Assembly (NCBI RefSeq): GCF_006345805.1
Contig: NW_021832837.1
Span: 1 to 64,000, forward strand
Reading direction: 5' to 3'
From: Octopus sinensis
Taxonomy: Eukaryota
DNA: 64,000 nt
The position numbers and the translations under genes are program-made. The notes under the pieces were generated by a model, which made no database searches, was not told the DNA's origin, and saw only the letters and a list, made by a program, of their open reading frames with translations. Positions 59,003-64,000 of the stretch are shown one piece after another. Position 1 is the stretch's first letter. Each line of letters begins with the position of its first letter.

Positions 59003-62000
59003 ATGTCAGTTGTAATCACGGAATATCCATTGAGAGTATCTATTTTAAAAACTATCGACTATTTATCTGCACTTTTGGAACATAAAATCGATAGCGAAAT
59101 CTCTAAGATTGTCAAAAAGTCTTCACAAAAATTAATTTCTGATATTTCTACATTATCTGAGCTTATTTACTACGAACATCACGGAAATAAAAATGTAGCT
59201 TCTCTAATGTATTTCATACACGATAAATTTGAGAAAACCGAGAGGATTTGGCTATGAACTCAATAATAAACTCGCTATTTTAATTGAGTGGGTTGATGAG
59301 GTCACTGTATTTGAAAGAAGTAAAATTGAGATCAAACTGGTTAAAAATCATCTGGAAAGACTAAAAAACAGTTTTCAAGTATTTATAATTTTAATTTATA
59401 TTTGGCCTTCTTTATTATTCTTAACGAAGCTGTAAATGAGCATGAGAAAAATGATCGGTTAAAATTACTTGTCATTCAATACTGAAATTATATTATTTAT
59501 TTTTAAATATCAATTAGGAATCTTCATGATTTATCCGAGGATACAGATTTTACAGATTTGGAGTCAGAGTCAAAGCAAATTGACAGAGATAATACCATAA
59601 AAAACAAAGTTTATGATTCAGTAATAAAAGTGAAATTAAATGAATCATCAAAATCGAACGGTGATGACTATTTTGAAGTTGTTGATGATCAGATTTCTTC
59701 CCAGTATCTTCAAGGGAAAGATTCGGCTTGTATTCAATAATATAATAATAATAATATTTCAGACCACGGTTCCTTATCTGGTTTATCTTTTGAAGACAAC
59801 AACACAGAGGAAATTATCGAATCAATGTGTTATAAAGGTTTCAAATACTCAATTATCAGTTAAAGCTAAGAAAGAAAGTTGTTCATACATTTCTCTTTAT
59901 CATGACTTATATAAAAATGAGGATTTAGATGGAACTAGCTTTAGCTGTATAATAGTCTATTTTATTTTGTAGACGAAGGTTTGTATGCATGGAATATGCA
60001 CAAATATGTCAACATCATTGAAATGAAACCAGCAAAATTGTTATCTGGTCGTTATTTACTTCCAAACGTATTTATACTTTTTAATCGACTCAGAATACAT
60101 CAGAAGAGGAATCATCATCAGCTAAAAAGGATTCTTTTAAGTATCTCACTAAAGAATCACTACAGAAATCAATTTTATATTGTAAAAATGGGGTTAGAAA
60201 ACTGATTTTAGCTTTTCTTACAGATTGAAGTACAATCAGGACCGATTGACGCTATTATAATTTTGGCTACCATATCAGACTCCCAAGGTTTTATAAAATT
60301 GAATTTTATTAGTAGATTGTGATACTTTTTTGTTAACATTCAAAAGAACATACAGAAATTTTATCAGCACATATAAACTCATTAAAAAAATACAAATGCA
60401 GTATTTTCTATTACTAGATGCTATTAAAAACGATTGCAAATGCTCGGATAATAGTCCAAACAAAACAATTGAATTGCTTATTTCAATTTTCGACGATATT
60501 GCGTATAATTTTAAATATTTTGAAAATTTATTTAGTTTTTCAGAAATTGACTCTGATTTGATTCGATTAGTGACCAATTTTACTCACACACTCATATTTT
60601 TTGGAAGATTCTATCAAGCTAACGCAGTCCGAAATGCTTATGAACTCAAAATATTGGATTCCAATATAAATAGTCCTCAAAAAATCTACCAGGACTTAAT
60701 TCGCAGTTCTTCTCTTACAAGAACGCGGACTTTTTGTCAGCGAGTAATCAATACGCTGATTCCATGGTTATCCACAATTTTTTTAATTATCTTCCGATAG
60801 TGAAGGAATTCTTCTATATCATTCACAAGACATTGCAAAACAAATGACACTCCGGGACTGGGATTTGTTCAAATCCATAACTCCTGTTGACATATATGAC
60901 TGGTTTTTCCGCCAGAATGTAGTAACTAATTACTTTCCGAAAGTTGCTTACTTTGTCGACACATTCGAATCAATTTCCCTTTGGTTAGTTACTCAATCTC
61001 GCTCACTATAGGTGTGTGAGTTTAATACTTAGTGGACAGACTAATTATATTCGTCAAAGACTTATTAGAAAGTTTATAAAAATCGCAAAAGTTTTTTTAT
61101 TTGTTATTTTAGTGTTTATTCGAGCTTCATAACCTCCACTCTTATTTATCTATTTTATATGCATTGACCACTCCTGATGTTTCTGATATTGACATACCTT
61201 TAGAACTATCTAAGAAAATTCAAACACTCACAAAGTCTCTTGAATATCCCTGGTTTTATGAATATGATGCTATGATTAAGTTCAGTGGGACTCGACCTGT
61301 TGTTGTTCATTTGTTAGTTGATTTGTTTTAATTTCAAAGTGGAGTAATTTTGAGTGCATTGAGTCTGTTGAAGGGAAAAACAGCCGATGGGATGTGCAAT
61401 TTTAAAAATTGTTATGCTCAAGTAAAAATTTTTGACGATCTAAAAGTACTTCAAAGCAGGTTAAATCACTTTAATATGATTAGAAAATATCACATCGAGT
61501 GGAACCAAAACATGGAATCAATTTTAAAGGGAATAAACCCGACAACGTTAATTAGCTTGAGTTGACTTATTTAAAATAATTAATCAGATTTCGTTAACAT
61601 TATGACATTTAACAACGAGTTACATAATAGGAAACTATTTCTTTAGGAATCAATTTTGTTTAAAAACAAAAAACGTTTGAAAACTTGAAAATAAAGGCTA
61701 ATTTCTAAGCTTCTTCTAGAGGTGTCTATTTTTATTAAACGTCAGAGTTATATAAACACCACGTCTGACTATTTTAAAATACAACTAGAACAAGTAAAAG
61801 GTTTTTGCATTTGATCGAAGGCATTTTAAATTTACAAGATCTTCAGATCATAACTTATTCAAGATGAGCTGCATAAATTAAAAATAGAAATAAATCACCT
61901 TCTACGATATAGTGTTTAATTGGTTATACAATGATTTATTATATCTGAAAAAATTAATTAAAAAAATTCGCAATTATCATTAATGATGTCATTTAAAATT

Positions 62001-62489
62001 GCGTCCAATCCTGTACTTATAATAAATAGTCTGCTAATAAATTCAAATTTTTCAATATCATTCTGTTTCCTGAAGTACTATCACAATTTAATTATAAATA
62101 GTCAAAAAATGGACGTCTCGGCATTTATATTGAAAAGACAGATGATATATAACCAGCCAATGTTGAATATAATTAAAGAACAGATTGAAAAATATGTCAA
62201 TGTTCTTATTATAAAAACAAAAATGAGCTTCAAAGTCGAGGTAAATGTTTAAACGTGAAATAATAAATTTTTACAGGAAGCAGTCCCCAAATATTATGTT
62301 ATTTCAAAGTATATGTTATTAATATATGTTTGTAGATTTAAAATTTCAGAAAATCTGGGAAAATTTCAAGACTTTATTACTGACAATAACATTGAAGATC
62401 TGCTAAAACAGCTATACCAACAAAAACTAAAAAACGAACTAATCCAGCAGTCTAATTTTCTCAAAAATAGGGTTCCTCTAATAACATAA
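59003..62489 (+). CDS. Unassigned multi-exon protein-coding gene (possibly more than one gene, or partly pseudogenised)
   Basis: Successive + strand ORFs (58985, 59229, 59558, 59640, 60330, 61350) are separated by short GT..AG intron-like AT-rich gaps; one apparent homopolymer frameshift near 59233; no motif recognised. Confidence 0.4.
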
Positions 62490-62974
62490 TTGACTAATCA
62501 AATATATACTATCTAGTTACTTTAAATAATATCGTTTTAGAATGATTTTGTTGTTTATGTTATTTTGGGATAATATATTTCTTTTCGGGATAATATCAAA
62601 ATAAATACATAGATGGTATAATCTTTTGAATCATTTAAAAAAATAAAAAAAATTTCCGAATTAGCACTGGAAGTATTGAAAGTATCGAATTCAGTGTTAA
62701 TAAGAATTTTTATAACATTATAAGTTCAATGTCTTGGTTTCTAGTTTCAATAATTATAATAATTTGAAGAGAATACAAAATATAAATAAGTTACTCTCCA
62801 TTAAATAAGTCAATAATTATCGATCGAGAGGTCCTTAACGACACGCCATTGTTTTCACGGTTCTCAAAAAATGACTTTAGAATAAACTAATAAATTTCAA
62901 ATTAAATAATGAAGTTCAGCTTTTTTAATTGGTACTCAATTCTGTAGACATAATATTTCACAAACAGTTATTAT

Positions 62975-64000
62975 TAATAGCAACTGACGTCGAACATAAT
63001 AGTTATATTTCCACACGTGTGACATTTGAAACGATTTTCTTAATAATTCTTGTCCATCTTCTTCTGTTGCATGCCAAACTTCTCATTGCGTCCAGATCAT
63101 TCCCATTTTTAAGTCTGCGGTTGATTGACTTGAGGTCAGCATTCAACACCTCTGGTAGTGTAATACGTGGGCGCTCCGAAATTTTTTCCATTTGTGGTAA
63201 AATATTCTTCCATAGCCAAATTTGCGGGTGACGTCGGGTCCATCCGTAGGACCTGTCTGAACAGTCTCCAACGGACCTCTATCACATCCCAAATAACAGG
63301 CGCGCTCAACATTTACGGTAAAGTACCCATTGTTGATCTGTGTCGGCTATACGCAGTTGCTTTCGGTGGAAGGAGTTAAGATTTTTAATTTCTGAAGCAG
63401 AGATCCCCCAACAGGAGGAGTCGTATAGCAAGAAAGGTTTTGCTTGACTGAAAAAAATATAATAAATTGTAGAGGCGCAAGCGAAGAGCAGTCGTTGCTG
63501 GCCTGTTAACCACCCAATCCGTTTTCAGCCTGTTCAACGCGGCCGTCGATAGTACTTTCCTCCGGGTTATGTCCTCGCTATCTCCGAGGAGTTAGTCAAG
63601 TTTTCTGGAACGTCTCTATTCTCATCCAATCTTGAACCCATACGTGCGATTTCCGTAATTTCAGTTTTAGTTGTATTCACGGTAAGAAACCTTTTCCCAA
63701 GCTCTGCTGGGGCAACATCAAGTAACCGCCTCAAGGCTGCTGTATCGTAATACAAAGTCCACATCGTCCTTGTATACAATTTCGGTGATTTGTCTGTGAT
63801 AAAAGGGTCTAAGATCACGTAGTGCCGCCTAAAAGTATATCACGAACAGCAGAGGGAGTTAATCCCTGGAATTTTGGTCGCACTCTCAAATCTTTGGCAA
63901 GTAGCACTATAATACCTACATCAGCAGTAGATCTAGCCGTCCTGAATCCACTGTAACTCGTAGACAGGAATTCGTTCGCAGGCTCTTGTAAACGGTCCAG
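62975..64000 (-). mobile_element. RTE-like LINE, deleted and decayed, continuing beyond the window
   Basis: SGFRTARSTADV (~63920), NTTKTEI, RWRLFRQVLRMDPTSPA and C-terminal RPRITLPEVLNADLK..RRRWTRII; (TAA)-like tail. Confidence 0.8.

Overview
AT-rich eukaryotic genomic DNA from an animal with a compact genome: standard genetic code, and spliceosomal introns mostly 23-31 nt. An extreme-reduction lineage such as a myxozoan, orthonectid or dicyemid is a guess; the taxon cannot be fixed from this window. Recognisable host genes: quaking/STAR KH protein, SAM mitochondrial carrier SLC25A26, two NHERF/PDZK1-type PDZ scaffold genes, NDUFA5, VPS26C, a MOV10/Armitage-type helicase, SOD2, a mucin-stalk type I membrane protein and one unassigned multi-exon gene. 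Much of the rest is decayed and often nested mobile DNA: pogo/Tigger, hAT, Tc1, Ginger/TDD, Helitron, APE-type LINEs with microsatellite tails, RTE-like LINEs and two families of restriction-like-endonuclease (RLE) non-LTR elements. Most striking observations: (1) two diverged CRE-like retrotransposons inserted in mirror image at the same nucleotide of the two arms of one 18-bp inverted repeat; (2) two TGT...ACA Ginger-type elements, both with a TATTA target duplication, one with five micro-introns in its integrase gene and the other carrying a 19 x 60-bp satellite of degenerate telomere hexamers in place of the integrase; (3) a non-autonomous Helitron carrying a ~93-bp satellite; (4) a candidate 15-nt GC-AG intron in SLC25A26; (5) a recent 502-bp in-frame PDZ-module duplication. 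No rRNA, convincing tRNA or CRISPR array was found. Splice models, alignments and family names were made by eye, and some homopolymer frameshifts may be assembly errors.
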